This document shows positions 1 to 9,037 of a DNA stretch of 64,000 nt, piece after piece. This DNA comes from Blastocatellia bacterium. Lineage in GTDB: Bacteria > Acidobacteriota > Blastocatellia > UBA7656. The DNA lies in NCBI GenBank assembly GCA_035248905.1, contig DATFGX010000010.1, forward strand, positions 55,579 to 119,578. Direction: 5' to 3'. Numbering within the stretch: the first letter of the stretch is position 1; each line of letters begins with the position of its first letter. The notes under the pieces are model-generated. The model was not told the origin of the DNA. It was given only the letters and a program-made list of their open reading frames with translations, and ran no database searches. Both the position numbers and the translations under genes were made by a program.

Positions 1-887
1 TCAGCGCCGTTTCGGACGCGGTGATCCGCGCGCGGTCGGGCTTGAAAGACCCGAACCGTCCGATCGGCTCATTTATCTTCCTGGGGCCTACGGGCGTCGG
101 CAAGACGGAATTGGCGCGGGCGCTGGCGGGCTTCCTGTTCGACGACGAGCACGCGATGATCCGCATAGACATGTCCGAGTACCAGGAGAAGCACACCGTG
201 GCGCGCTTGATCGGTGCGCCGCCCGGTTATGTCGGTTATGAAGAAGGCGGGCAGTTGACCGAAGCGGTGCGCCGCCGGCCTTACTCGGTCGTGCTGTTCG
301 ACGAGATCGAAAAGGCGCACGCCGACGTGTTCAACGTGCTGTTGCAAATCCTCGACGACGGGCGGCTGACGGACGGCCAGGGGCGCGTGGTGAACTTCAA
401 GCACACGATCATCATCATGACGTCGAACATCGGCAGCCATCTGATCCTCGAATACAGCGGCAGGCTGGAGGGCGAGCAGTACGAGCAGATGAAGGACAGT
501 GTGCTCGACGCCTTGCGGCATCACTTCCGGCCTGAGTTCTTGAACCGGGTTGACGAGATCATTGTCTTCCACGCGCTGACCCGTGCCGACTTGAAGAAGA
601 TCATCGACATTCAGCTCGAACGCTTGCGCGGGCGCTTGAGCGAGCGGCGCATCAAGCTGAAGCTGACGGATCGTGCGAAAGAGTATCTCGCCGAAGCCGG
701 CTTCGACCCGGTCTACGGCGCGCGTCCGTTGAAGCGGGCGATTCAGCGCGAGATCGAAACGCCGCTCTCAAGGGCGATCTTGAAGGGCGAGGCGAAGGAC
801 AACTCGGTGGTCATCGCCGATCTGGAGAACGGCGAGATCAAGTTCCAGAGCAAGCCGCTGGCTGAATCAGTGGTCAGTGGTCAGTGA
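1..887 (+). CDS. clpB: ClpB chaperone, C-terminal AAA+ D2 domain (5'-partial; gene begins upstream of window)
   Basis: The translation (...[27 protein letters not shown]...[53 protein letters not shown]...) is near-identical to the ClpB NBD2 Walker A/sensor region. The frame continues to base 3 with no start codon. Confidence 0.9.
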   Translation, partial: SAVSDAVIRARSGLKDPNRPIGSFIFLGPTGVGKTELARALAGFLFDDEHAMIRIDMSEYQEKHTVARLIGAPPGYVGYEEGGQLTEAVRRRPYSVVLFDEIEKAHADVFNVLLQILDDGRLTDGQGRVVNFKHTIIIMTSNIGSHLILEYSGRLEGEQYEQMKDSVLDALRHHFRPEFLNRVDEIIVFHALTRADLKKIIDIQLERLRGRLSERRIKLKLTDRAKEYLAEAGFDPVYGARPLKRAIQREIETPLSRAILKGEAKDNSVVIADLENGEIKFQSKPLAESVVSGQ

Positions 888-935
888 CCAGTGGCCAGTG
901 GTCGTCGCATCCGTGACTGGCCACTGACCACTGGC
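861..935. repeat. Palindromic hairpin element built from GTGGTCA/GTGGCCA-type heptamer repeats
   Basis: GTCAGTGGTCAGTGACCAGTGGCCAGTGG ... CCACTGACCACTGGCAACTGGCCACTGCC are inverted arms. The element overlaps the clpB stop. Confidence 0.7.
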
Positions 936-1006
936 AACTGGCCACTGCCATTGCTATGATGAAAGCACACGCGGCTGACAGTCGGAGAGCAGGAGGTCTG
1001 ACTCGC

Positions 1007-1333
1007 ATGGCTGAGATGCTTGTGATGCGACGCGCAAACGGCGACCTCTTCAGTAAAGAGATCAATGGGCAGCCGCGCATTCTCGTCTGGTCGAGCCGCG
1101 CCGCCTGCGCACGCTATCGAGAACGTAATCCTGAACTCCTGACGTACTTGCCCGCGCGCCTCGACGAAGCGTTGCTGCGACGCATCGCCGGCGACACCAA
1201 CGGCGCGCGGCACGCGACTTTCTTCCTCATCGCAGAGGACGCACCGGACGCTTCACTTGACCGGGGCCGCAGTGTCGCCCCGGACGAACTCTTGCTGACT
1301 TGCCGCGCCGCTGGGCGCGCGCGATCAGCGTAG
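1007..1333 (+). CDS. Hypothetical small protein (109 aa), apparently co-transcribed with the downstream eRF1-like gene
   Basis: A strong AGGAGG Shine-Dalgarno sits 9 nt upstream of the ATG at 1007. The ORF ends 55 nt before the next RBS+ATG. No recognisable family. Confidence 0.4.
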   Translation: MAEMLVMRRANGDLFSKEINGQPRILVWSSRAACARYRERNPELLTYLPARLDEALLRRIAGDTNGARHATFFLIAEDAPDASLDRGRSVAPDELLLTCRAAGRARSA

Positions 1334-1388
1334 CCAAGGTCGTCTGCGCCCTCGCTCGGAGCAAGGAGACCAACGCAGAACAAGGAGG

Positions 1389-2525
1389 ATGGGCATGATC
1401 TCTTACGATGACATACGCCAGTTACAGCAGTACCCGTCTGGCCCCGATTCCTGCATTCTCAGTCTGTACGTGAACATTGACCAGTCGAATGCCGCGAACC
1501 TCAACCGCGGCTTCATCACCCAGGTCGAGAACCTCTTCCGCCGCATGGCCGAAGACCCGAAGCTCGACCAGCGCGAGCGGCTCGACGCCGAGTGCAAGCG
1601 GGCGCTGGCCTTCTTAAACGATTACTCGGCGCGCGGCAAAGGGATCGTCATTTTTAGCGACTCGAAGCAGGATTTCTGGTGGCAGCGTGACCTGCAAGTC
1701 GCGGTGCCGACCGGCGGGCGCTGGTCGCAAAAGCCCTGGCTGCGCCCGCTGCTCGAACTGCTCGAAGACCATGACACGTTCGCCGTCGTCCTTGTCGATA
1801 AGCAGCGCGCCCGCGTCCTGACCGCGGACGCCAGCGGCCTCGAACAGCACGCCGAAGTCTTGTCGGACGTGCCGAACAAACACGCGACGACGGGGTCGGA
1901 CCACATCATGTCGCAAACGCAGATGCAGCGCGATCATGACGAACACGTCCGCGCCCACGTGCACCGGGTGATTGACGAGCTGACGAATGTCGTCGACCGC
2001 TTGAACCTGTCGCGCCTGGTCATCGGCGGCCCGGTCGAAGCGACTTCGACGTTGACCAATCAACTGCCGAAGCGACTCCAGCAGATGATCATCGGCACGA
2101 TTGCGGTGCCGTTGGACGCCAACTACGAGCGGCTGTCGAACGAGCTGCGCAAGGTGCAGCAGCAGAACGAGGGCGAAGACGAAGCGCGCATGGTCGAATC
2201 GATGATCACGGCGGCAATGAAGGGCGACCGTGCCGTGCTCGGCATCGGCGACACGCTGGCCGCCATTCAGGAGCAGCGCGTCTATCGCTTGATCGTCGCG
2301 CGCGATTACCGGCTCGAAGGCAAGGAGTGTAATGCTTGCCACATTCTCGTCGTAGACGGCGACTCGAAGTGCGCGTTCTGCGGCGGCGACTTGCAGGCGG
2401 CGCCCGATCTGATCAACCGCGCCTCGCACCGCGTCATCGAGCAGGCCGGCAAAGTGCAGATTGTTTCGGGCGCGGCGGCAGACAAACTTGCGGGCACAGG
2501 CGTCGGCGCCGTGCTGCGCTTTTAA
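1389..2525 (+). CDS. eRF1/Pelota-like (bacterial aeRF1-type) protein with C-terminal CxxC...CxxC zinc ribbon; function unknown
   Basis: AAGGAGGA RBS. A 378-aa soluble protein with a central region resembling the eRF1 domain-2/3 arrangement and a C-terminal CNACH...CAFCGG zinc ribbon. The gene is certain; the family assignment is tentative. Confidence 0.5.
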   Translation: MGMISYDDIRQLQQYPSGPDSCILSLYVNIDQSNAANLNRGFITQVENLFRRMAEDPKLDQRERLDAECKRALAFLNDYSARGKGIVIFSDSKQDFWWQRDLQVAVPTGGRWSQKPWLRPLLELLEDHDTFAVVLVDKQRARVLTADASGLEQHAEVLSDVPNKHATTGSDHIMSQTQMQRDHDEHVRAHVHRVIDELTNVVDRLNLSRLVIGGPVEATSTLTNQLPKRLQQMIIGTIAVPLDANYERLSNELRKVQQQNEGEDEARMVESMITAAMKGDRAVLGIGDTLAAIQEQRVYRLIVARDYRLEGKECNACHILVVDGDSKCAFCGGDLQAAPDLINRASHRVIEQAGKVQIVSGAAADKLAGTGVGAVLRF

Positions 2526-2527
2526 GG

Positions 2528-2612
2528 CGTGACAAGTGAACAGTGACAAGTGACAAGAGGGCCGCCACTTTCTTGTCACTTGTCACTTGTCACTTGTCAC
2601 TTGTCACTTGTC
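2528..2612. repeat. (GTGACAAG)n palindromic hairpin element
   Basis: GTGACAAGTGAACAGTGACAAGTGACAAG, a loop, then (CTTGTCA)x5 as a perfect inverted repeat. Lies between the eRF1-like stop and the clpP RBS. Confidence 0.8.
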
Positions 2613-2624
2613 ACGAAGGAGACT

Positions 2625-3218
2625 ATGGCACTTGTACCAACCGTCGTTGAGACATCGAGCAGAGGCGAGCGGCATTATGACATCTACTCGCGACTGCTCA
2701 AGGAAAACATCATCTTCATCGGCACGCCGATTGTCGAAGAGATCGCCAACCTGGTCGTCGCCGAGCTGTTGTTTCTGGAGTCGGAAGACCCCGACCGCGA
2801 CATCTCGATCTACATCAACAGTCCGGGCGGGTCGGTGTCGGCGGGGCTGGCGATCTATGACACGATGCGGTTTATCAAGCCGGACATTGTGACCATCTGC
2901 ATGGGGCAGGCGGCTTCGATGGCCGCCCTGCTGCTGGCGGCGGGGACGAAAGGCAAGCGGTTCGCGCTGCCGAACGCGCGCATCCTGATTCACCAGCCGT
3001 CGGTGAGTCGCATCGGCGGCCAGGCGACCGACATCCGCATACAGGCCGAAGAGATGCTGCGCATGCGCGCCCTGCTGTCACAGATTCTCGCCGACGCAAC
3101 CGGCCAGTCCTTCGCGAAGATTGACGAGGACGTCGAGCGCGATTTCATCCTCGGCCCGCAGCAGGCCATCGAGTATGGCTTGATCGATCAGGTGCTCAGC
3201 TCGCGCAACGAACGGTGA
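2625..3218 (+). CDS. clpP: ATP-dependent Clp protease proteolytic subunit ClpP
   Basis: AAGGAG RBS then ATG at 2625. Contains INSPGGSV...[14 protein letters not shown]...ILIHQPS, the ClpP catalytic Ser/His region. Confidence 0.9.
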   Translation: MALVPTVVETSSRGERHYDIYSRLLKENIIFIGTPIVEEIANLVVAELLFLESEDPDRDISIYINSPGGSVSAGLAIYDTMRFIKPDIVTICMGQAASMAALLLAAGTKGKRFALPNARILIHQPSVSRIGGQATDIRIQAEEMLRMRALLSQILADATGQSFAKIDEDVERDFILGPQQAIEYGLIDQVLSSRNER

Positions 3219-3239
3219 TACCGTTAAGGCAAGTTCATC

Positions 3240-3605
3240 ATGGCAAAGAGCGGAAAAATTTTCATTGAGCGCATCAGGGACGAAGGCAGCTACCGCCGAC
3301 CGAGCGGGCCGCTGTGGCAGCCGGCGGTTGACATCTACAAGACTCCTGAAGGCTGGAAGATCAAATTCGATCTGGCCGGCGTCCGCCCCGAAGACGTGCA
3401 GGTGTTGCAGATCGAAAACGCCCTGGTGGTGCGCGGGGTCCGCCGCGACTCCGTGATGACCGAAGGGTGGAGCTATTACCAGCTTGAGATCACTTATAGC
3501 CGCTTCGAGCGCGTCATCAAAATTCCCTGCGACCTGTCGCAGTCCGAGATACGCAGCGAAGCCGTTGATGGCTGGATCATCCTTCACGTGGATTGCAATG
3601 GCTAG
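3240..3605 (+). CDS. Hsp20/alpha-crystallin family small heat-shock protein
   Basis: 121 aa with an alpha-crystallin domain pattern (DIYKTPEGWKIKFDLAGVRPEDVQV...YSRFERVIKIP). Located in the heat-shock cluster. Confidence 0.8.
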   Translation: MAKSGKIFIERIRDEGSYRRPSGPLWQPAVDIYKTPEGWKIKFDLAGVRPEDVQVLQIENALVVRGVRRDSVMTEGWSYYQLEITYSRFERVIKIPCDLSQSEIRSEAVDGWIILHVDCNG

Positions 3606-3700
3606 GGAGTAGGGACCAGGGGCTAGAGACTAGGGGCTGGAGAAGCGGCGGCGCGCCGTTTCCTTCTAGCCCCTAGCCCCTACTCCCTACTCCCTGTTCC
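3601..3700. repeat. (GGGACTA/GGGGCTA)n palindromic hairpin element
   Basis: GGGAGTAGGGACCAGGGGCTAGAGACTAGGGGCTGG ... CTAGCCCCTAGCCCCTACTCCCTACTCCC. Lies directly upstream of lon. Confidence 0.8.
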
Positions 3701-3713
3701 AGAGGAAAGAAGA

Positions 3714-6158
3714 ATGTCTGAGAATATTGAAAAAGTACAAGAACCGCAAACCCTCGAACTGCCGATCCTGCCGCTGCGCGGCACGGTCGTCTTCCCGTCG
3801 GGCATCTCGCCGCTGACGGTCGGGCGGCCGCTGTCGCTGCGGGCCGCCGAAGCGGCACTGGCGACCGAAGAGAAACTGCTCGGCGTCATTGCGCAGCGCG
3901 GCGACCAGGACGCGGAGCCGACTGCCGGCAATCTTTATCAAATCGGCACGCTCGTCGTCATCAATCGCATGATGCGCGCGCCCGGCCAGGAAGAAGTACT
4001 GCACCTGATCGTCCAGGGGCAGGAGCGCTTCCGCGTCATCGGCTTCACGGAACAGGAGCCATACTTCAAAGCGCGCGTCGAAATCCTGCCCGAACCCGTG
4101 CGCGAACAGACGCCCGAAGTCGAAGCCTTGCAGCGCAACATCCAGGCGCTGGTGCAGCGGGCGCTGGCACTGCTGCCGAACGTGCCGCAGGAGATTCGCA
4201 ACATCATCGTGCAGTCGGAAGACGCCGTGCGCCTGGCTTACTTCCTCGGCTCGATGCTCGACCTCGGCGTCGAGCAAGAGCAGGCGCTGCTGGAAGCCAA
4301 CAGCGAAGGCGAGCTGCTGCGGCTGATGCACACCTACCTGGCGCACGAGGTCGAAGTCCTCGAACTGCGCAGCAAGATCGCCAACCAGGCGCAGGAAGAA
4401 CTGGGCAAGGCGCAGCGCGATTACATCCTGCGCGAGCAGATGAAGCAGATTCAAAAAGAGCTGGGCGAGGCGGAGCCTGAGCAGGCCGAAGCCGCCTTGC
4501 TGCGCGAGCGCGTCGAGAAAGCCGACCTGCCCGAAGATGTGCGCAAAGAGGCCGAGCGCGAGCTGAAGCGGTTGGAGCGCTTGCCCGCCGCCGCGCCCGA
4601 TTACCACGTCATTCGCACTTATCTTGAATGGGTGCTCGACCTGCCGTGGAACAAGAGCACCGAAGACGACCTCGACCTGAACAAGGCGAAGGCGATTTTG
4701 GATGAAGACCACTACGACCTCGAAGACATCAAGGAGCGCATCCTCGAACACCTCGCGGTCATCAAGCTGAACCCGCGGACGAAAGCGCCCATTCTGTGCT
4801 TCGTCGGCCCGCCCGGCGTTGGCAAGACCAGCCTCGGCCAATCCATCGCGCGCGCCATGAGCCGCAAGTTCGAGCGCATGTCGCTGGGCGGCATGCGTGA
4901 CGAAGCCGAGCTGCGCGGCCACCGCCGCACCTACATCGGCGCGATGCCTGGGCGCATCATTCAAGCCTTGCGGCGCGCGGGCGTCAACAACCCCGTGATG
5001 ATGCTCGACGAAGTCGACAAGCTCGGCATGGACTTCCGCGGCGACCCGGCGTCGGCGCTGCTTGAGGTCTTGGACCCGGCGCAGAACAACACGTTCCGCG
5101 ATCACTACCTCGACCTGCCGTTCGACCTGTCGAAAGTGATGTTCATCGCCACGGCCAATTCGCTGGCACCGATCCCGCCGGCCTTGCGCGACCGCATGGA
5201 GATCATTCAACTGGCGGGCTACAGCGAGGAAGAAAAACTACACATCGCCAAGCGCTACCTCGCGCCGCGGCAGATCAAGGAAGCGGGACTGGCGGTCGAG
5301 CAGTTGCAGATCACCGACGAGGCGATACAGGCGATCATCGCGCAGTACACGCGCGAGGCCGGCGTGCGCCAGCTCGAACGGACGATCGGGCGGCTGGCGC
5401 GCAAGGTGGCCTTGAAGGTGGCGCAAGGACAGGGCGATGTCTTCACGATCAAGCCCGAAGACCTTGAAGAGTATCTCGGCCCTGAGCGCTTCTTCCGCGA
5501 GATGGGCCGCGAGCACTTGCCGCCGGGCGTCGCCACGGGCCTGGCCGTGACCGAGATGGGCGGCGAAGTGTTGTTCATCGAAGCGACGCTGCTGCCCGGC
5601 TCGAAAGGCTTGACGCTCACCGGGCAGCTCGGCGAAGTGATGCAGGAATCGGCGCGCGCGGCGCACAGCTACCTGTGGTCGCATGGCTTCGAGCTTGGCC
5701 TCAACGCCCGCGAGGTCTTCGACAAGAACGGCGTACACATTCACGTCCCGGCGGGCGCGATCCCGAAAGATGGCCCGTCGGCGGGCGTGGCGATTGTCTC
5801 GGCGCTGGCCTCTTTGTGCGCCAACCGTCCCGTGCGCAGCGACACGGCGATGACCGGCGAGATTACTTTGAGCGGCCTGGTCTTTCCCGTCGGCGGCATC
5901 AAGGGCAAAGTGCTGGCGGCGCGGCGCGCAGGCATGAAGCGCGTCGTCTTGCCGTCGCGCAATAAGCCCGACGTCAAGGACGTGCCCGAAGAGGCGCGGC
6001 GCGATCTCGAAATCGTCTTCGTCGAGCGCATTGACGAGGCGTTGCGGCAGACGCTCATGCCGCCCGTGGAAGGCGCGTCGCAGCCGCCGCAGAGCGAAAG
6101 CGAGCCGGTCGGAGCCGGCACCGAGGCGAGCTTCGAGAGCGGCGAAGCGCACGCGTAA
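3714..6158 (+). CDS. lon: ATP-dependent Lon protease (endopeptidase La)
   Basis: N-terminal LON substrate-binding domain, AAA+ Walker A GPPGVGKTS, and a C-terminal protease domain with DGPSAGVAIV...TGEITL. 814 aa. Confidence 0.95.
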   Translation: MSENIEKVQEPQTLELPILPLRGTVVFPSGISPLTVGRPLSLRAAEAALATEEKLLGVIAQRGDQDAEPTAGNLYQIGTLVVINRMMRAPGQEEVLHLIVQGQERFRVIGFTEQEPYFKARVEILPEPVREQTPEVEALQRNIQALVQRALALLPNVPQEIRNIIVQSEDAVRLAYFLGSMLDLGVEQEQALLEANSEGELLRLMHTYLAHEVEVLELRSKIANQAQEELGKAQRDYILREQMKQIQKELGEAEPEQAEAALLRERVEKADLPEDVRKEAERELKRLERLPAAAPDYHVIRTYLEWVLDLPWNKSTEDDLDLNKAKAILDEDHYDLEDIKERILEHLAVIKLNPRTKAPILCFVGPPGVGKTSLGQSIARAMSRKFERMSLGGMRDEAELRGHRRTYIGAMPGRIIQALRRAGVNNPVMMLDEVDKLGMDFRGDPASALLEVLDPAQNNTFRDHYLDLPFDLSKVMFIATANSLAPIPPALRDRMEIIQLAGYSEEEKLHIAKRYLAPRQIKEAGLAVEQLQITDEAIQAIIAQYTREAGVRQLERTIGRLARKVALKVAQGQGDVFTIKPEDLEEYLGPERFFREMGREHLPPGVATGLAVTEMGGEVLFIEATLLPGSKGLTLTGQLGEVMQESARAAHSYLWSHGFELGLNAREVFDKNGVHIHVPAGAIPKDGPSAGVAIVSALASLCANRPVRSDTAMTGEITLSGLVFPVGGIKGKVLAARRAGMKRVVLPSRNKPDVKDVPEEARRDLEIVFVERIDEALRQTLMPPVEGASQPPQSESEPVGAGTEASFESGEAHA

Positions 6159-6160
6159 AG

Positions 6161-6215
6161 GTGGCGCAAGCTGTTAGCTTGCGCGAGGCCATGCGCAAGC
6201 TAACAGCTTGCGCCA
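6161..6215. repeat. GCGCAAGCT-family palindromic hairpin (two nested copies) between convergent lon and acyl-CoA synthetase
   Basis: GGTGGCGCAAGCTGTTAGCTTGCGC ... GCGCAAGCTAACAGCTTGCGCCAC. Likely a bidirectional terminator. The same family recurs at 10663-10690. Confidence 0.7.
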
Positions 6216-6217
6216 CA

Positions 6218-7957
6218 TCATGCCGTGCGCTGGCGGGCGACGTCTTCGAGGCCAAGCTCTTTGATGAGCAAGGCACGCAGCTCAAACTTCTTCACCTTGC
6301 CGCTCGCGGTCAGCGGGTACTGCTCGACGAAGCGCACGTAGCGCGGCACCTTGTAGCGGCTGATGTTGGTGCGGCAGTATTCGCGAATCTCTTCTTCGTC
6401 GGCGCTCGCCTCGGCTTTCAAGCGGACGAACGCCGCCACCTCTTCGCCCATCAGCGGGTCGGGCACGCCGACAATTTGCGCCTCGACGACTTTCGGGTGG
6501 CGCATCAGCCAGGCTTCGACCTCCGCCGGGTAAACGTTCTCGCCGCCGCGAATGATCATGTCTTTCACGCGCCCGACGATATTGACGTAGCCCTGCGGGT
6601 TCATCGTCGCCAGGTCGCCCGTGTGCAGCCAGCCGTCTGCGTCTATGGTCTCCGCCGTGCGTTCGGGCATGTTGTAATAGCCCTGCATCACCAGGAAGCC
6701 GCGCTCCAGCAGCTCGCCCGGCTCGTTGAAGCCGACCGGCTCGCCGGTCTCCGGGTGAACGATCTTGACCTCGACGTGCGGCAGCGGGATGCCGACGGTT
6801 GATGACTTCAGCTCGAAGCTGTCGGTGATGACGGTCTGCGTGATCGAGCCGGACGATTCGGTCTGCCCGAAGACGATGGTGCAATCCGCGCCCATCTGTT
6901 GTTTGACCTGCTCCATCAAGGCGACCGGCACCGGCGCCGCCCCTGTGATGACGAGGCGGAGCGCCGATAGGTCGAATTCGCCGGCGATAAAGCGCGAGTG
7001 GTTGAGCATCGCGATTAACATCGTCGGCACGCTCATGGTGACCGTGCCGCGCTGCTCGGCAAACAGGGCGAGCTGTTTCGCCGGGTCGAAGCTGATGAGC
7101 GGAATCAATCTGCAACCCGAAGCGAGCCAGATAAGGACTGCGCCGACGCAGCCAGCGACATGAAAGAAAGGCATCGGCGTCACGTAACCGTCGTCGGCGC
7201 GAAACTCGGCCTGCCGGCCCACGATGAGCGCTTGATTGACCAAAGCGACGTGCGTCAGCATCACCGCCTTCGGGAATCCGGTCGTGCCGCTGGTGTAGAG
7301 CATCTGCGCCACGTCGTCGGGAGCGACGCTCGCCTGGCGCTGGTTGAGCGCCGCGTCGCTGATCGTCGCGGCCAGCGCCGCGACCTGCGAATAAAGCAGC
7401 ATCCCCTGCGGCGCTCGCTCGCCGATGAGCACGACACGTTCGAGCAAGGGCAGCCGCGCGCTGTGCAGCCGCGCGTTGAGCGGATCACTGAGGCGCGACA
7501 GTTCCGGCAAGAGGCCGTTGATGGTTTCGACGTAAGCATGATCGCGGTAGGCTGCGATCATAAAGAGCGTCGTGATGTCGCCCTGGCGGAGGACGTATTC
7601 CAGCTCGCCGGCGCGATAGTTGGTGTTGACGGTGACGAGCACCGCGCCGACCTTGGCCAGCGCCAGTTCGAGGAAGATCCATTCCGGCACGTTGGTCGCC
7701 CACACCGCGACGTGCTCGCCGCGCCGGACGCCGAGCGCCAGCAGTCCTTTGGCCAGACGATTCACTTCGTCCAGGCAGGCGCGAAAAGTCATCCGCAAAT
7801 CGAGGCCGATTTCGCGGTAGCTGTAGACCAGTGCCTCTTTGTCGGGCGACGCGGCAGCGCGGTGGTCGAGCAGCTCGCCGATGGTTTGATGAACCAGTTC
7901 GCTGCCGCGGCTTTCGGCTTGCCACACGGCGCGCTCGCCTTGAACTCCCATAAGCAC
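6218..7957 (-). CDS. AMP-dependent acyl-CoA synthetase/ligase (fatty-acid-CoA ligase family)
   Basis: AMP-binding signature [17 protein letters not shown], then ...GDLA...GRVKD and a Lys-containing C-terminal motif. 579 aa. Confidence 0.85.
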   Translation of the reverse strand: MLMGVQGERAVWQAESRGSELVHQTIGELLDHRAAASPDKEALVYSYREIGLDLRMTFRACLDEVNRLAKGLLALGVRRGEHVAVWATNVPEWIFLELALAKVGAVLVTVNTNYRAGELEYVLRQGDITTLFMIAAYRDHAYVETINGLLPELSRLSDPLNARLHSARLPLLERVVLIGERAPQGMLLYSQVAALAATISDAALNQRQASVAPDDVAQMLYTSGTTGFPKAVMLTHVALVNQALIVGRQAEFRADDGYVTPMPFFHVAGCVGAVLIWLASGCRLIPLISFDPAKQLALFAEQRGTVTMSVPTMLIAMLNHSRFIAGEFDLSALRLVITGAAPVPVALMEQVKQQMGADCTIVFGQTESSGSITQTVITDSFELKSSTVGIPLPHVEVKIVHPETGEPVGFNEPGELLERGFLVMQGYYNMPERTAETIDADGWLHTGDLATMNPQGYVNIVGRVKDMIIRGGENVYPAEVEAWLMRHPKVVEAQIVGVPDPLMGEEVAAFVRLKAEASADEEEIREYCRTNISRYKVPRYVRFVEQYPLTASGKVKKFELRALLIKELGLEDVARQRTA

Positions 7958-7960
7958 ACC

Positions 7961-8050
7961 TCCAGATGGGTGATGGGTGTTGGGTTATGGGTGTTAGGCA
8001 GAACGCTACGTTGTCCGGCACCCAACACCCAACACCCGACACCTATCACC
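7961..8050. repeat. (GGGTGTT)n palindromic hairpin element
   Basis: GGGTGATGGGTGTTGGGTTATGGGTGTTAGG ... ACCCAACACCCAACACCCGACACCTATCACCC. Lies between MaoC and the acyl-CoA synthetase, which run in the same direction. Confidence 0.8.
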
Positions 8051-8420
8051 CTTTGCGGATGATGCCGTGCGCGTGGCCGGTCATGACTTCTTTGTCGTGC
8101 TGGTTGCGGCAGACGAAGGTGGACGACTGGCGCGTGACGCTTTCGTCCACACGGTGCTCGGTGATGGTCACCTCGCAGGTGATGGTGTCGCCGGCGTAGA
8201 CCGGGCGCAGGAATTGAAAGCAGAGCTCGCGGGCGATGAAATTCATGTCGCCGCCGATCTTTGTCGGCAACGTCGCCGTCAGCAGTCCCTGCGCCATCAG
8301 CCGGCCCTGCGCGTCGTACTCCAGGTGGTGCACGCCTTCGTCGCCCGACATTCGCGTGAAGGCGCGAATGTCTTCTTCCGTGAATGTGCGCTGCCAAGAT
8401 AAAACGTCACCTGCTTGCAT
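8046..8420 (-). CDS. MaoC-like (R)-specific enoyl-CoA hydratase, hotdog fold
   Basis: 124 aa. MaoC dehydratase pattern (...EYDAQGRLMAQGLLTATLP...GDTITCEVTI...). Confidence 0.8.
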   Translation of the reverse strand: MQAGDVLSWQRTFTEEDIRAFTRMSGDEGVHHLEYDAQGRLMAQGLLTATLPTKIGGDMNFIARELCFQFLRPVYAGDTITCEVTITEHRVDESVTRQSSTFVCRNQHDKEVMTGHAHGIIRKG

Positions 8421-8445
8421 ACGCTGGTCTTGCCCTCCTCACGCT

Positions 8446-8847
8446 TCAATGCCACGACAACTCGCGCGCCGCGTCGTCGAGCGGTGTCACCAGGCCGGCT
8501 TTGATGTCGGCGGCCCAGGTCGCGACGTGCTGGCCGCCGGCGTCGCGGTAGCTGAACTGGACGACGATCCGGCTCGCCGGGTCAGTCGCAGGCATAGCGC
8601 GCCAGCCTTCGATCTCTACCGCTTCGCCCTGGTGCTGGCGGTAGAAGACCGTCGAGTAGAGATACTGCTGCACGGTGAAATTCTCTTTGCGCGAATTGCT
8701 CTCGCGCACGACGCGGATGGCCTTCTCTGTGTCGGGCTGGAGATGCTCGCGCACCAGCACCGCGGCGGCTACGATGATGATGAGCAGCGGCAGGTAGATG
8801 AAGACAATCTTCGGCCACCGGTCGAGCAAACGTCGGATTCTCGTCAT
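8446..8847 (-). CDS. Hypothetical membrane-anchored protein (N-terminal TM, periplasmic domain)
   Basis: 133 aa. A hydrophobic segment IVFIYLPLLIIIVAAAVLV follows the positively charged N-terminus. Tightly packed in the operon. Confidence 0.5.
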   Translation of the reverse strand: MTRIRRLLDRWPKIVFIYLPLLIIIVAAAVLVREHLQPDTEKAIRVVRESNSRKENFTVQQYLYSTVFYRQHQGEAVEIEGWRAMPATDPASRIVVQFSYRDAGGQHVATWAADIKAGLVTPLDDAARELSWH

Positions 8848-8849
8848 GG

Positions 8850-9020
8850 TTAGCGAACCGGGTTGATGAGCGCGTCACAGCGCGGGCACGGCTCGTTCGC
8901 GGCGTCGGCGGAAATCTGGAACCCGCAGACCGGACAGGCCCGCTGGCTCAGGCGCTTTTCGATCATCACATAAGCGATTAAGACCGCCGCGCCGAAGAGA
9001 ATGCCGAGCAGCAACTTCAT
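8850..9020 (-). CDS. Unannotated 56-aa mini-protein: N-terminal TM helix plus C-terminal CPVCG...CPRCD zinc ribbon
   Basis: My own translation of the minus strand gives MKLLLGILFGAAVLIAYVMIEKRLSQRACPVCGFQISADAANEPCPRCDALINPVR*. Its stop is 2 nt upstream of the start of the 8446..8847 gene. It fills the gap between two operon genes. Confidence 0.45.
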   Translation of the reverse strand: MKLLLGILFGAAVLIAYVMIEKRLSQRACPVCGFQISADAANEPCPRCDALINPVR

Positions 9021-9037
9021 CCGTGGCCCCGCCTGCG

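Noticed and set aside
2528-2612. Short direct repeats (GTGACAAG etc.) considered as a possible CRISPR array
   Set aside because: The units are 7-9 nt with no spacers, and they are arranged as inverted arms of a hairpin, not repeat-spacer arrays. No cas genes are present.
3687-5210. 507-aa minus-strand ORF antisense to lon (and a similar 304-aa ORF at 5238..6152)
   Set aside because: They are completely contained within the Lon coding region on the opposite strand, with no RBS or recognisable domains. They are high-GC antisense artefacts.
6161-8062. Long ORFs on the plus strand (6161..6802, 6765..7163, 7160..8062) and minus-strand ORFs 6282..7115 and 7485..8042, overlapping the acyl-CoA synthetase gene
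   Set aside because: They lie antisense or out of frame to a gene with clear AMP-binding motifs. Their translations are Arg/Ala/Gly-rich and low-complexity, typical of spurious ORFs in high-GC DNA.
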